Of a stretch of 64,000 bases of DNA, positions 14,111 through 26,800 are shown piece by piece (the stretch's first letter is position 1; each line of letters starts with the position of its first letter). The translations under genes and the position numbers were made by a program. The notes beneath the pieces were generated by a model. That model was not told the DNA's origin and made no database searches. It worked only from the letters and a program-made list of their open reading frames with translations. Source of the stretch: Callorhinchus milii (Eukaryota); contig NW_024704743.1 in NCBI RefSeq assembly GCF_018977255.1, forward strand, positions 102,550,001 to 102,614,000, in the 5' to 3' direction.

Positions 14111-14684
14111 TCTGTAAAAAAAATGAGTCAAGGATCTATAATGAAAGATTTAAAAATTGGCAAGCACTCAGATTTGTCTTGATTTATCTGTACTGCAACT
14201 CCCTTTCTCTACTTCTCCACCTTGTCACCTCTCTGTTTGTCTTTAGTCTTGCCTTACACCTTGTCTCTTTGACCTCATCTGTGGTCAGCTCCATCTTTCA
14301 CTGCTCCCTCCCACCTTTTCCTTACTCAGCCAACCTCATCTTTCTGAAGTGCTCTGAGACGTTATCCTATCGTGATGTGATGCTGTATGTATGCAAGTGG
14401 TTGTTGTATCCTTGTTCCTTGAATCAGAAATGGAATACAATCAGAATTACTGCAATGTTGCCCTATGATATGAGTCAATAGGTTAATTTCTTACCTTCTA
14501 GATTGTAGCTGCCTCTAAATTATGAGAAATAGTCACACAACTGTACTTGTTTTCCCTTAAGATAAGCTACTTTGCTCAAACTCCATGCCCCTATCTGTAA
14601 TGTTTAGCCCTCTGTATACTTCCTCGAATGTGTTCACTTGTCGTAATTGAATAATAAAATAGTCCATTGGGACCTGTTCTTGGT

Positions 14685-15480
14685 TATAATAATTGTTACA
14701 CTTGATATAGTGCCTAATCACTTCTTCAAGACATCTCAAAGCTCTTCACAGCATATACTGTGACTAGATTTTGTGGGTGAAACGTGGCAGCCAATTGCGC
14801 ACAGCAGTGACTCACAAATGGTCCTGGACGGAGTGACTAAATTATTATTATTATAACCCCCAGAAAAGACATTATAATCCCCGGAAAAGAGATCACCAAT
14901 CGACAAACAACTGTGTTCCTGCTTACTGATAGTTAAACAGAGGCATGTGGAGTAAGGAAACTTGCTCAATGTTTCTCCCTGCCAGGAATCAAACCTAGTT
15001 CAACAGCAACAACAACTTGCACTTATATCGAACCCTCCATGCAAGGTAGTGTCACAGAGCGCTTAACATTTGCAGAGCCTTATTATTATTATTATTATAG
15101 CCTGACTCTGAGCTGGGGAGTAGGGGGAGGGTGAAGGTGGCCGTAAGCATGATCAAAGAGGAAGGTCTTCAGACAGGACTTGACAATGGGGAGAGTGTGG
15201 GCAAAGCAGAGAGATTGAGGGAGAGTGTTCCAGAGTTTGGGGGCATGTTGGCTGAAAGCGCGACCTCTAATGGTGGGGCGGAGGGTTCAAGGAATGAGCA
15301 GGAGGCCGGTGCCAGTCGAGTGGAGATACCAGATTGTAGATTGGGGAGTGAGGAGATGGGAGAGGTAGGGATGTGCCAGAGAGTGAAGGGATTTGTACAC
15401 GAGTGTGAGGATCTTGAAGTCAAAAAAGTCCTCTCGCTTGCGAGTCGAATGTTCTAACCGCTAAGCTACAGGACTCCACA
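14685..15480 (-). mobile_element. tRNA-Ala-headed SINE (long subtype) split by an L2 3' fragment at about 15001-15425
   Basis: The SINE body runs to ...ggaatcaaacctag at 15000. The rest of the head (gtcctctcgcttgcgag...ctacaggactccac) resumes at about 15428. The intervening sequence starts with an L2 (CAA)n tail. Confidence 0.85.
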
Positions 15481-15639
15481 TCATGAGTAACTTCATATGA
15501 AAAGAACCTGGTACATTGGGATAATAGTTGTTTTCATGCTGATGGTTGTAGTCAGATTATAGAGTTAGACCAGCCTATCATGTAGGTGTTGGCTCTTTGA
15601 AAAAGCAATCTTTTCAGTTTCATTTATTTGCATTTTCCC

Positions 15640-15830
15640 CAAACCCCTACAGCTTACTCCTCTTTTGCTATTTAACTTGAAAGCTAATATTGATTCTGCC
15701 TCAACCATTTGTTCCAGCAGAGTATTTTGCACACTAATAAAACAATCTTCTGCATAATAAAAATCCACCTTATCTTCTCTTTTGCTCCTTTGGTAATTAT
15801 TTTAAATTGATGTCCTTTAAACACCAACCA
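15640..15830 (-). mobile_element. Decayed CR1 LINE 3' fragment
   Basis: Minus strand gives KGHQFKII and MVEAESILAFK, the typical CR1 ORF2 C-terminus. Confidence 0.6.
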
Positions 15831-18244
15831 GGTTTGAAATCTCAGACTTGGCACTGAGATAGGTTCTGTAGTATTAAGAGCAAGCAGGAGTGGCTTCTCA
15901 GATATATAGATGAAATATGTTACAAGATATATAATCTTGTCAAATCTTTTCCTCTTCTGTGCTGTGTGGGGTAAGAAAAGATGGGTGGAGAAAGGCCATG
16001 AAAGAGAAATGTGAAAATAACAATGAGCTGAAAAGGGAGTGGAGAGTAAAATAGAGTAATTGGAGATTGAGCAAAGCAGGGAGAACATAGAGGATGACAT
16101 GGACTGATAATAATGGACAACTATTTGTTTCTACTTATTTACAGTACAGTCATTCTGCATTTGAATAAGAAATATTGGTCAGGGAAAACTGGGGATTAAT
16201 TGAAATTTATAACTGGCCTCCGCCTCCATTAAATCTAAGGATATTATTATTATGATCAATACATCATGTAACAAAGTACTAAAATAGATAAGGTTAACAT
16301 ACGTGTCTTTAATGACATAGCCTTATTCCTACTAATGTATTGAGTTCAAAGTGGTCTGAATTGGGTCTCATTCTGTCAATTCTGCCAGGTATGCAAAAAA
16401 AATGCAAATAGTACAATGTAAGTACTTTTATTTTATTCACTCATTATTACACACACATTCTGCAAGCAATTCTAAAGCCAGGATATAAAGTGGGAGCAAA
16501 CAGTTTATTATGCATGCTAAAGTAATATCCATGCCGAAAACTGCTTTATAGAGGGCAGTGATCCATCAAAAAATGAATATCTCAAATCACACACCGTGAA
16601 GACTGAACCTTGGGTATTCTACAGCTCAACATCTAAAAACAAATAGCAGTTAGAGAATTGGGGTGGAAAGTGGCCGGAAGATGCTTCAGTCTATGGGTAA
16701 TATACTGACCTTGGTGGCGAACATTATGATTCTGCACTGATTTTTACATTTACATTTAAATTAACTTTAGAATGTTGAAAGTTGGATGAATTCTGTCTAG
16801 TCTTCATTCAATATATTTTTCCTCTAGGGTTTGAATATCATTAAGTTAACCTATTGTGCTTATTTCATTATAAATTGCTGATTCCACCACAAATATACGC
16901 ATTAATTCAATGATAATAATCTTTGTATTTCATACAGCAACTTATTATATTGTTGAAACATTTCAATGTGGTTCACAGGATTTCCTATAAGGTGTAACAG
17001 CAGCCAATTCAGAAATCAATACCCCACAAATTGCTGGGAGATTGGTTACCAGGAAACCTGAAATAATTCCCTCCTCTTTTCAAGTATGAACCACCAGAAC
17101 AGTACAACAACAACAAGATTCCATTTATAGAGCGCCTTTCACGTCGGGAGGACGTCCCAAGGCGCTGGGTAGACATCAGTTTAACGTCTCAAGGATAGCA
17201 CAACTGTCAATGCACCTCTCCTCAGCACCATATTGGAGTATCAGATTGGACTGTGAGTTCAATGACTCTTCATTAAACTTCTGACACAGATCATAATAAT
17301 AATAATCCTTCCATTTGATATAGCTCCTTATCACATCATTGAGACGTCTCAAAGCGCTTCACACGGATTGAATTTTTTTGGACGAAATGCAGCAGTCAAT
17401 TGAGCACGGCAGTGTTGCACAAACAGTCGTGGATTGAGTGACCAAATTATTATTATTTGTATGGTTCCTTGAGAGAAGATCATATCGTCGCTCAAGGAGC
17501 CATACAAATCAATATCTAGTAAAAGCTAAATTGAATCCTTGATTTATATCCTACCCTCTTCCCCAGTCTGAAGGTCAAAGTAAACATAAGAGACTCTCAG
17601 AATGTAGCCTGTACTGAGATTTGGATTCAAAAAAAGCACATTAAAGCTAAAAACTGAGCAGCAGTTTAGATTTATGAAGTATTAAAACAAACTTATCTAA
17701 TCTTTGGAGTATTAAATGTTGATTGGAAGGAACTCTGTGTTGGGTGCAATGATTGCTATCTAAATGCAATGTAGAATAAGTTCACACTGGCATTTTATTT
17801 TGAATATAATGATAGACAATTATCCTACTTCCCTTAGGATTGGTAAAATTCTCCAAATAAAGATTGTATTCAGCATAATCATAATAATAAGCATGAGAGA
17901 GAATGAAACATATTATGTTCCTTATTCAATCTATGAGTTAGGGCAGTATCCTGTGAATAAGCCCAGAGAAGCTGTTTTAGATAAAGTTTTTTTTTAGCCT
18001 GGTATCCTACAATCTAGAAATCAAAACCCATGATTGACCAGTCCATTGAGGTGATCTGGGCTTCACCGATGCTTTTTTTAGGGGGTGGGGGTGGAAGGGG
18101 GAGGGGGATAAAGTCAATTTCCAGCCCTTTCCCTGTGTTAAATATCACACGGACTGCAAATTTCATCTCCACTTTGGAATCCATCCTGACATCAGGACTT
18201 CTTTTAGGCCTCCCTGAATGGACAGCGATCATCTTTGGATTTAA

Positions 18245-18648
18245 TTTAGCTCCTTTTATGTTCGGAGGACATCTCGAGGTCCTTCACAGATTTAATGTAA
18301 AGTTTAGTGACCCTGTATTTTGTTGGTCAATGTAGCAGCCAATTTGCACACAAAGGTCTCCAAACATCTAAGAGGTGCATGACTGATATTATTTGGGGGA
18401 TTGTGAGCCACAACACCCAGAAAAGCTTCCTTCTCTTTTCACATAATACCACGGGAACTTTAACATCCTCTTGAACAGACAGATGGGACCACAATTTAAC
18501 ATCTCTTCTGTAGGACGACACCGGCAACAATCCAACACCCTGGAGTGAGAGCCTAGACTATAAGCTAAAAGTTCCTGATGTGGAACTTGATCCCACAATC
18601 TTCTGAATCAGAGGCAAGAATGCTACAGACTGAGCCAGGCTGACAGCT
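18245..18648 (-). mobile_element. DeuSINE (SacSINE1-like)
   Basis: Head tgtcagcctggctcagtctgtagcattcttgcctctgattcagaagattgtgggatcaag on the minus strand, plus the Deu core. Confidence 0.8.
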
Positions 18649-18662
18649 CACATATTGATGAA

Positions 18663-18706
18663 CTTTACATATTTACATATGTTTACATATTTACATATTT
18701 ACATAT
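18663..18706. repeat. Short tandem repeat of TTTACATA
   Basis: About 5 imperfect copies read directly. Confidence 0.8.
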
Positions 18707-18729
18707 TCACAAACTACTTCTTTTAATGA

Positions 18730-19071
18730 TTATAATTCTTACATTTGATAACACGTCTCAAAACAGTTCACAGAATATGCTATAAAGTGAATTCATTGAC
18801 TGTATATTTTGTGGGTGAATCGCAGCAGCCAATTGCGCACAACAGTCATAAAAAAAGTAATTTTTTTAAACTTTTATTATTTTTGGGGGTTTATTACACT
18901 AGGAAAAACGATCCGCCGATCGACTAACAACCGTGTTCCTACTTCCTGCCGTGGTAAACAGAGGTGTGTGGAATAAGCAAACTTGCCTAACATTTCACTC
19001 TGCCCGGGAATTGAACTCAGGTCCTCTCGCCTGCGAGGCGAGCGCTCTAACCAATAGGCTACAGGACTCCA
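18730..19071 (-). mobile_element. tRNA-headed SINE, long subtype
   Basis: Head ggagtcctgtagcctattggttagagcgctcg; contains the internal ctctgtttacc...ggttgttagtcgatcggcggatcg segment. Confidence 0.85.
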
Positions 19072-20309
19072 TAACAACAGTTTATTAGAATAAATTGAGT
19101 TGCATTTATTTCATTTATGTTGCAATTCCCTCCAAGCCTGCATACACCGATATCACTGCTTTGACAGTTCTGTTCAGATGTATGACTGCTGCTGTGGTGG
19201 AAAGCACAGTTACATTTCCCACAATAAATGGCATGGTTCTGGTTTTCAATCATTGGATCATTTCAGTTGTTTTTTCCGCCAAAAGCTGAGCAAACTTTGT
19301 TTCATTTATGTGTTAATCTGGCTGTAGCTTCCTTAGAGGCTTCAATACACTGTTCTGATGTTTCTGTTCCCCTGTGTCTTCACTAGGCATCAATTTCTCA
19401 TTACCTCAAGAGGATTTCACATTTATCCCTGCTATCTTCTGAATTCATTTTACTCCCTGCCTTATCTACCGTCTTCAGTAGGAATTAAATATCTACACAC
19501 ATGAATGATAAATATTTAGCATCAGATACCCGGCTATCACTTTGGAAACAGTAATGCAGCTATAAAAGCGCAGATATACTGCTCAGCTAAAAATGCTTGA
19601 TGTTCCAAAACGTGGAGAGAGTCAATTGTTTTTGTCTGTTGTTAGGTGCTCATTGAAATTACTGTAGCAAACATCAACAACAACAAATTGCATTTATAAT
19701 CCGCCTCTCACTTACGCTAGCCTCCCAGAGTGCTTGACAGTAGTGGAGCACAACACCGAGCCCGGGGAGAGATCCGGAGCTGATAGTAGGCACCGTAGAA
19801 GAGGAAAATGGGAAGGAAGGGGCAAGGCAGAGGAATAGAGGAGTGTTCCAGAGTTACTGCACTTAGAGACAAGTAAAATTTGCTTCACCAGAGTATCTTA
19901 CCACGGGCAGTAACTTAAGACATTCAATCAAGTTTCACTTGTAATCAATGATAAAGATGATAAATCTGATATTTCATAACAGATTCAATGCAATACAATT
20001 TACATTCATATATCATCTTCTATGTTGGGAGGATGTCTTAAAGTGCTTAACACAGCTGGCAGGGCACCCAAGCCTGAGGGAGTCTTGAAGGGGGTGGGTG
20101 GGAGTAGCATTCAGTAATTATCAAATGTTTTAGGAGATCTGTTCTGAAACATTGCATTATTCCATCTATTATTAAACCCAATTGCTTATGTGTTGTCCCT
20201 CCCTTTCCCCAAGTATGTCACCTTGGAGCCAGATGAGCTCTAAAGAGACCCCCAATGAGACAGTAATTATTGAACAGAAAATGAAAGATCAAAGGATCAG
20301 TTCAGACAA

Positions 20310-20630
20310 AAAAGGCCATAGGGCCCATTTGACCTCATCCTTCCAGAATACTTACACTGCCATCTTTCTAATACAACATCAAGCTGCGTTTCAAATGGGA
20401 TCACTGTACCACTCAACCACTCTTCAAGGTGACCAGTTCCATCATTAATTACCCTCTGGGTATAGGAATATTTCCTTGCATCTGTTCTGAAATTACCCAT
20501 TGCAATTGTAAACATTGTTTACTGTTTTGGAGCATCCACAATATTGTTCTGCGTTTTCTTTCTCAATTGCATTTAAAATCTTGTATGTCTCTGTTAGGTC
20601 CCCTTTGAGACATCTCCTTTCAAGACTGAC
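20310..20630 (-). mobile_element. Decayed CR1 LINE 3' fragment
   Basis: Minus strand gives GNFRTDARKYSYTQRVIN (CR1 C-terminal motif) followed by a CR1-type 3' end. Confidence 0.75.
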
Positions 20631-21011
20631 TGCAAAGAACCGAGGGAATTCTTTCTTTAAGATTTGCATTCAGTTGGAAGTACAGTGAGGTTCAGCTTAC
20701 CTTCAAAGTGATACCTTCAGAGTGTATACATCAGGTATAACAAACTTAGGCTAAAGTTGTTTAAAGCAGAATTATAATTCAAGCAGAAAATTCAGGAGAG
20801 ACACTTGGGCAATAACTGTTACAATCCTCTTCAAAGTTTCAAACAAAGGTATATTGATGCCCTTAAGCCAGTTTACCCACTGTAAACTTCCTTTGTAAAG
20901 GGAAAAAAGTACATAGCTGCATAAATATTTAATACATAATAAGCATGGAAACAAAATCCAGTGTAAGTGTTAAGAATAGAAAAACATTATAAAATTGATA
21001 TCATACTCATA

Positions 21012-21235
21012 GGGCAAAAATTCCAACTGGGTCTAGATTTATTCATTGATGAAATGTTTCAGAGTGTCCAGAAACTGGCAAATTGTTAAATTCAGGTTTA
21101 TTTTCGCCGTTTTCAAGATAACTTACACAAAAATAGCTTTAAAATTAAAGATTGAATTAAAAAATTTGCCAAATTCTGGACGCCCTGAAATCCTACATCA
21201 ATGAAGTAAATCTAGACCCAGGTGGAATTTTGCCA
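21012..21235. mobile_element. MITE-like non-autonomous DNA transposon, copy 2
   Basis: About 80-bp imperfect inverted arms: ggcaaaaattccaactgggtctagattt... and ...aaatctagacccaggtggaattttgcc. Confidence 0.85.
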
Positions 21236-21450
21236 CACTTGTTGCATGGAAACATAGGCGTGGAAGTAGGCGTGGTCAAGACCCTAAGCACACAACACCA
21301 CTTTATTATATCATGGCAGCTCTTTATCTTTGTCTGTCCATCTGTCTGCCCATCTAGCACCATAATTGATTCTACACGTACGGTTTTGTGAAGAAATACT
21401 TTCACTTTTAATTGGCTGAGTTTAATTGTTTTGATCCTGTCCCATGTTAG

Positions 21451-21770
21451 GTGTCAGCGTGGCTTGGTTGGTAGCACTCTTGCCTCTGAGTCAGAAGGCT
21501 GTGAGTTCAAGTCCCACGTCAGGACTTTAAGTTTAGGCTGAAACTCTAATCTGGTGCTGCAGGAGTGTTGAATCGTTGAGGTGCAATCTTTCGGATGAAA
21601 CAGTATACCAAATTCTGGTTTGCCTGTTCAAGTGGATGTTAAAACTCCTGTGTCACTATTAAAAAGAAAACTGAGTTTCTCCCAGTGTCCTGGCCAACAA
21701 TTCTCCAAATAAAATCAATGGGTTCATTTCATGGTTGTTTGTGGAATATTGTTATGTACAAATTGGATGG
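21451..21770 (+). mobile_element. DeuSINE (SacSINE1-like)
   Basis: Head gtgtcagcgtggcttggttggtagcactcttgcctctgagtcagaaggctgtgagttcaagtccc, followed by the Deu core. Confidence 0.85.
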
Positions 21771-21817
21771 AAGTCTTAAATGCTAGACTGATTGTGGGAT
21801 ACTCCATTGGCACAGGT

Positions 21818-21838
21818 CTACTACTACTACTACTACTA
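21818..21838. repeat. (CTA)7 microsatellite
   Basis: Read directly from the sequence. Confidence 0.9.
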
Positions 21839-22847
21839 GCTGCTGCTCTTCAGAACAGACTAAGTAAGAAAAAAGGTACTCACTGAAAGGAAGAAGAAAC
21901 TATCAAGAAACTAGAAAAGACAAAGAAGAAGAAAGCTTGTGCAACTGTACATTCTGCTCTCCGTATCAGTAATTCTACCTTCCTGTATCATGCACACTGC
22001 TATATAAAAGTTGTAAAAGTTAATTTTTACCTATTTGTGTGAGCTTCATTGCCGTGGAATCCTGAACCACACAAAGACATGCAAATTTCCAAGTCAACAA
22101 TTTGATTTAAATTAAACACAACTAAATACAGTGATGATTTTGAGTCAACACAAGTATAGCATCCATATTGTATATAAATAAATTAAAATGGCATCATTAA
22201 TATTTTTCTAAGGCAAAAAGAAATTTGACAGAATGTCTTATGTTGACAATTAACCGTTCAATCCTCTGCTGGTCCAATGAAGTTTTCGGGCACAGATATC
22301 CTGGTAGGTTTTTCGTGTAGTAGAGGCAATCAGTGCCAACCAGTTGATTGGAATGAGTCCACATATATTTACTTTATGTGGGACTGTTGCAATCTGCAGT
22401 GAGGCTTTGATCCATCAGTCTGGGTTCTATTCAAAAGCTATTTGACAGAGGTTCTTGTGCTAGCTCACCCAATTCATTCATTTGGGATTGCATGCTTTTT
22501 ACCAAATATTTGGCCAAATATTTGGCCATTTCAGCCATTTCGGTTGTGACCTTAATAATTTTAAGAAAATAAAAAAAAGATTTTTCAAACGTTTCCGTAG
22601 AAATGGTGAAATCTTCTGAGTTATACCATCACAATATTAGGAAATATTTTTTTAGATTCAGAGTAAAATTAAAGTGAAAGTGTGTGGGTGGCAGATTTTA
22701 AGCTTTATTACATTACACACTCAAATATGAGGATCAATCTGGTATGCAGCCTGGAAGCTATTGTTTTACACTGTTGATATACTTATTATTGCTTTAACAT
22801 TAATATTGCACACAATATCATCTGCAAATAGAATCATTGCAACTTGC

Positions 22848-23035
22848 TCTTGCAAATCTGTGCCTAATACTCTCTGGAATTAGGTAAACGCAGTGCTTCC
22901 CTCCAGGGAGAGAATGTACATTCCATTCTAGATTTAGGAAATTTCCACATGCAGGTGATATACATAATTGAACTCTCAGTCTGCTTTGCATACTCTTAAG
23001 CATGGGCAATGGGTTTCCGCATGTGTCAGACATTT
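22848..23035 (+). repeat. Family X repeat, 3' part
   Basis: ctctggaattaggtaa...tactcttaagcatgggcaatgggtttccgcatgtgtcagaca. Confidence 0.8.
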
Positions 23036-23069
23036 GTTAAACAAATTGCTCAGCCGTACCTTAATAATA

Positions 23070-23240
23070 CAATACAAAATTACATTCGTAAAGCGACTTT
23101 TACATCTGGAGGACACCCCAAAGTGCTGGACAGGGATTAAGGATTAGGACCCGAGCTAGGTTGAGGGATTGGGATCAGGGAGGGTGGAGGGCATAGAGGT
23201 TACAAGGGTCGCCAAAGGCACAGTCGAAGAGGAGGGTCTT
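23070..23240 (-). mobile_element. L2 3' end fragment
   Basis: Matches the L2 3' UTR at 60080-60250. Confidence 0.75.
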
Positions 23241-23241
23241 G

Positions 23242-23842
23242 ATAATAATAATCCTTATCATATTTTTGAGACGTCTCAAAGCACTTCACAGAATATACTG
23301 TAAAGTGAAGCAAAAACAGAAGTCGCTAGGTACATTCAGCAGGTCAGGCAGCATCTATGGTGAAGGGAAAGTGGGTCAATGTTTCGGGTCCACGATCCTT
23401 CGTCAGAACTCAGGGTCGTGGACCTGAAACTTTGACTCACTTTCATTTCTCCATAGATGCTGCTTGTCCTGCTGAGTGTGTGTTCCTAGCGACTTCTGTT
23501 TTTGTTTCAGATTTCCAACATCTGCAGTATTTTGCATTTTGTTTATTCTGTAAAGTGAATTGACTGTATATTTTGTGGGAGAAACATGGCAGCCAATTGC
23601 GCACAGCAGTGTCCCACAAACAGTCATGGATTAAGTGGCCAAATATTATTATTTTTTTGATGGAATTATTACCCCTGGAAAAGTGATCTGCCAATTGACT
23701 TAAAACTGGGTTCATACTTATTGCTGGGTAAACAGAGATTTGTAGAGTAAGGAAACTTGTCCAACCTTTTGCCCTGCCGGGAATCGAACCTAGGTTTCTC
23801 ACTTACAAGATGAGTGCTCTAACCATTGAGCTACAGGACTCC
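23242..23842 (-). mobile_element. tRNA-headed SINE (long subtype) carrying an internal insertion
   Basis: Tail at 23242-23309; body and head at 23548-23842. Confidence 0.85.
23310..23547. mobile_element. Palindromic Penelope-like non-autonomous element with target-site duplication
   Basis: About 90-bp inverted arms around a short spacer. Flanking direct repeat ctgtaaagtgaa at 23298-23309 and 23548-23559. Minus-strand motif CTGACGA-stem-GAAAC. Confidence 0.75.
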
Positions 23843-23864
23843 TAGTACTTCTTTTACCTCTCCA

Positions 23865-24245
23865 CGACAACTTGCATTTATATATTACCCTTTACATTGC
23901 ATAATGTCTTGGAGTGCTTCACAAGGCCAGGATCAGCAAAGGAGAGGGAGGGGAAGTAACGGGAATGTAGCATAAGCACGGTTAAAGAGGTAGGTTTTTA
24001 GATGTGATTTAGCAACAGTTAGAGGAGGGGGGTGATACGAAAGAGTAAAGAGGAGTTCCAGGTTACGGTCATAGCGGCTGAAGGCTAGTCACTGATAGTG
24101 GCTTGGAAGGGGTATGCAGCAAGCTCAAATTAGCTGAGCGGAGGAAGCAATCAGAGGAGTGAGTTAAGAGATAGGGAAGTGCTAAGGTGTGAAGAAAATT
24201 ATAGGTGAGGACCTTGAAGCTAATTCCTTGGGAGATACAGTGGAG
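23865..24245 (-). mobile_element. Old L2 3' fragment
   Basis: Starts with the acaacttgcatttatat tail; purine-rich body similar to 15001-15420 and 57200-57590. Confidence 0.65.
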
Positions 24246-26529
24246 AACATTACCTTTTTATACAATGTCTCCACTTAACTACAACACAAACCGTTCAAAA
24301 CAATTTTAAAATAATTAAATGTTGGTTTTATTTTTTTCTGAATTTGTTCAGCTTATGAAGTGCCGGCTTATTATTATATTTGTTAATTTTAGCACTCCTT
24401 GGAAGCAGTAAAAATACAAAGGATGACGACAAATATCAAGAACAATCAATAATTAAAATTAAACTTGTCCTTTGTAGACTAAAGTTGGAAGAGTATTTTA
24501 TTGGAATATTCAACAAAAATAATTCTGTACAGCAGCAAGTAAAATTAATTTTGGGAAAAACATGTTTGATGAGTACCTTATGTTATTATGTAGTTGCATT
24601 ATTCTTATGATCTAAAAATTCCCCTCTCTTCACTACTACTTACTAATTGCAGCTTGTGGGGTTCTGATGATCTCTGCACTCCATGTAGCAAATCCATTGC
24701 TGTGCTTTACATACTATTCCGCTCCATTTGGTAGAATTTATAAATTTAATCCTGTGTGTTTTTTAAAAAAACTGCATTGCAACTTTTCATTTACATTAAA
24801 TGTTACCCGTAAACTAACATTAAAATAATTTTAGTATATTTTATAAGCCCACAGGGACAAATATGTGAAATTTACCAAATAAAACAGAATAGTACTTGTC
24901 CACATAATACACTGTGCACAGTGCAGAACAACCCCACCTTCTCCCGCATATCTTTTAAATGTACATCATGGAAGGCTGAATGGCCTTTTACACACTTCCT
25001 GGAACCTATTTGGCATTTAGTAGCGTCATCAAACACATGTCTGTACATGATCGAGTGCCTAAATGTACATCAAACTCTTAAAACCACATCATTCATGTTA
25101 TCTCCGGGTCATCTTCCATGTCATCTTCCAAACACAATTAACAGCCTATCAGAAGCATTGTATGTTTCAATGTTTAAAAAATACTGCAATCCGCCTGTTA
25201 TTTCAAAGTGGATATAAACAGACTTAATATCCACCTGCATATGTTCCCCAAAACAAGAACAACAGATTGCACTTATATTGTGCCCTCCACACAGGGTAGC
25301 GTCTCAGAGAGCTTAAAGACATCCTTAAGGCATTTGTCAGTTAAATTATGGTTTTATTCATAAAGCACAATATAAACATTTATCTAACTATTGATACAAG
25401 ATTAGGATTGTCAGAGTAAGATTGGTCACCCTACAATCTGATAGTGTGATACAGGACAATGACTTTATATGAATGGTTGGATCCAAACCCATTTCCAAGA
25501 TTTTTTGCACTGTTTTCTTTCTTATATGGTATAGATCAAACTCAAAATGTTGCCAAATATTACAATAGCAACTAGTTTGGATGTACTGAGAAACCGGTCA
25601 GTGTAAACGTGACTAATGCTACCTTTATGCTACACATTTGTGAGCAAATACATTGCTAAACACACAGTATAAATAATGATAGAGACCTGCTCCTGACAAT
25701 GTGAAAAGTTCAATTTCTTTGCAGCATAAATGCGGACAAGTGTGAATTGGATTTTGCTTGTTCCCCTGTGATCCATTGAAAACATTCAGGCAATGCAATG
25801 GACATTAGAGGCGAGTTTGATCAACTGGCTTTGCAATTTCATTCAAGATATTTATAATATTAAAACAATTAACATTTGATTACAAAGCTTTGTACATACA
25901 AATCTTAGTCTGAGGCTGTACAGTAAAACTAGGAGCGAAATGGTTTTGCTCACAGCAGTATAAACATGGCAAATATACAAGGAAAAGGTGTGTGTAGGAG
26001 ATTGGCAATTGCTGAAAAATCCCTGAAATGTGACGATGCTATCTTTGTATTCCATTCAAGTCTGTGAGCCCAGCAACTTGTACATTTGCACTGGGTATTG
26101 CAGCAGAGCAATATTCAATTTCTTTTTAAACAGAAATCAGCATCTGGCAGCAGTTTTCAAAAGTGATCTTGTTAAAAATGAGTGTCCAATTCTGTGGCCC
26201 AGTATAGCTTGGCCCTAAATAAGTTATCAATGCAGGCAAGTCAGAACAATTTTTTTGATTTGCAACACTATCAATTTGTTTTTTGGGGGGCAATTCCCTA
26301 ATCTCCAATTTTCTTCTAAATCAGGATTTAGAATTTATATAATTTAAGATGATAATCCAATACAGTGCTAGGGGTGTGCTGCTTTGTCAAAGGTACCATC
26401 CTTTGGCTGAGACATTAATCTGAGGCTCTGTCTATTCATTGGATTTAAATGTAAGCCAACAAAATACATAGTCACTCCACTTTACAGTGTATTCTTTGGG
26501 ATCTATACCAAATGCAAGGTTTATTATTA

Positions 26530-26800
26530 CAACAACAAATTACATTTGTATAGAGCCTTTCACGTCAGGAGGACGTCCTAAGATGCTGAACAGTCAGAAT
26601 TGGACCCAAGCAGGTGGTTGGATCAGGAGTGGTGGAGGGTGGGGAGAGTAGGAGGGTGGCCAAAGGCATGGTCGAAAAGGAGGGTCTTGAGACATGCCTT
26701 GAAGAATGGCAAGGGAGGAAGCAAAGCGGGGACTGTGGGATGGAGTTCCAAAGGGTAGGGGCAGAGAGGCTGAAGACCCGAATGCTTATGGTGGGGTGGA
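26530..26800 (-). mobile_element. L2 3' fragment
   Basis: (CAA)n tail, cacgtcaggaggacgtcc stem-loop, and FSLSAPTLWNSIP in translation. Confidence 0.85.

Noticed and set aside
24938..25058. Possible 121-nt minus-strand exon (HSIMYRHVFDDATKCQIGSRKCVKGHSAFHDVHLKDMREK) with AG/GT ends
   Set aside because: Weak splice contexts, no recognisable protein and no compatible neighbouring exon.
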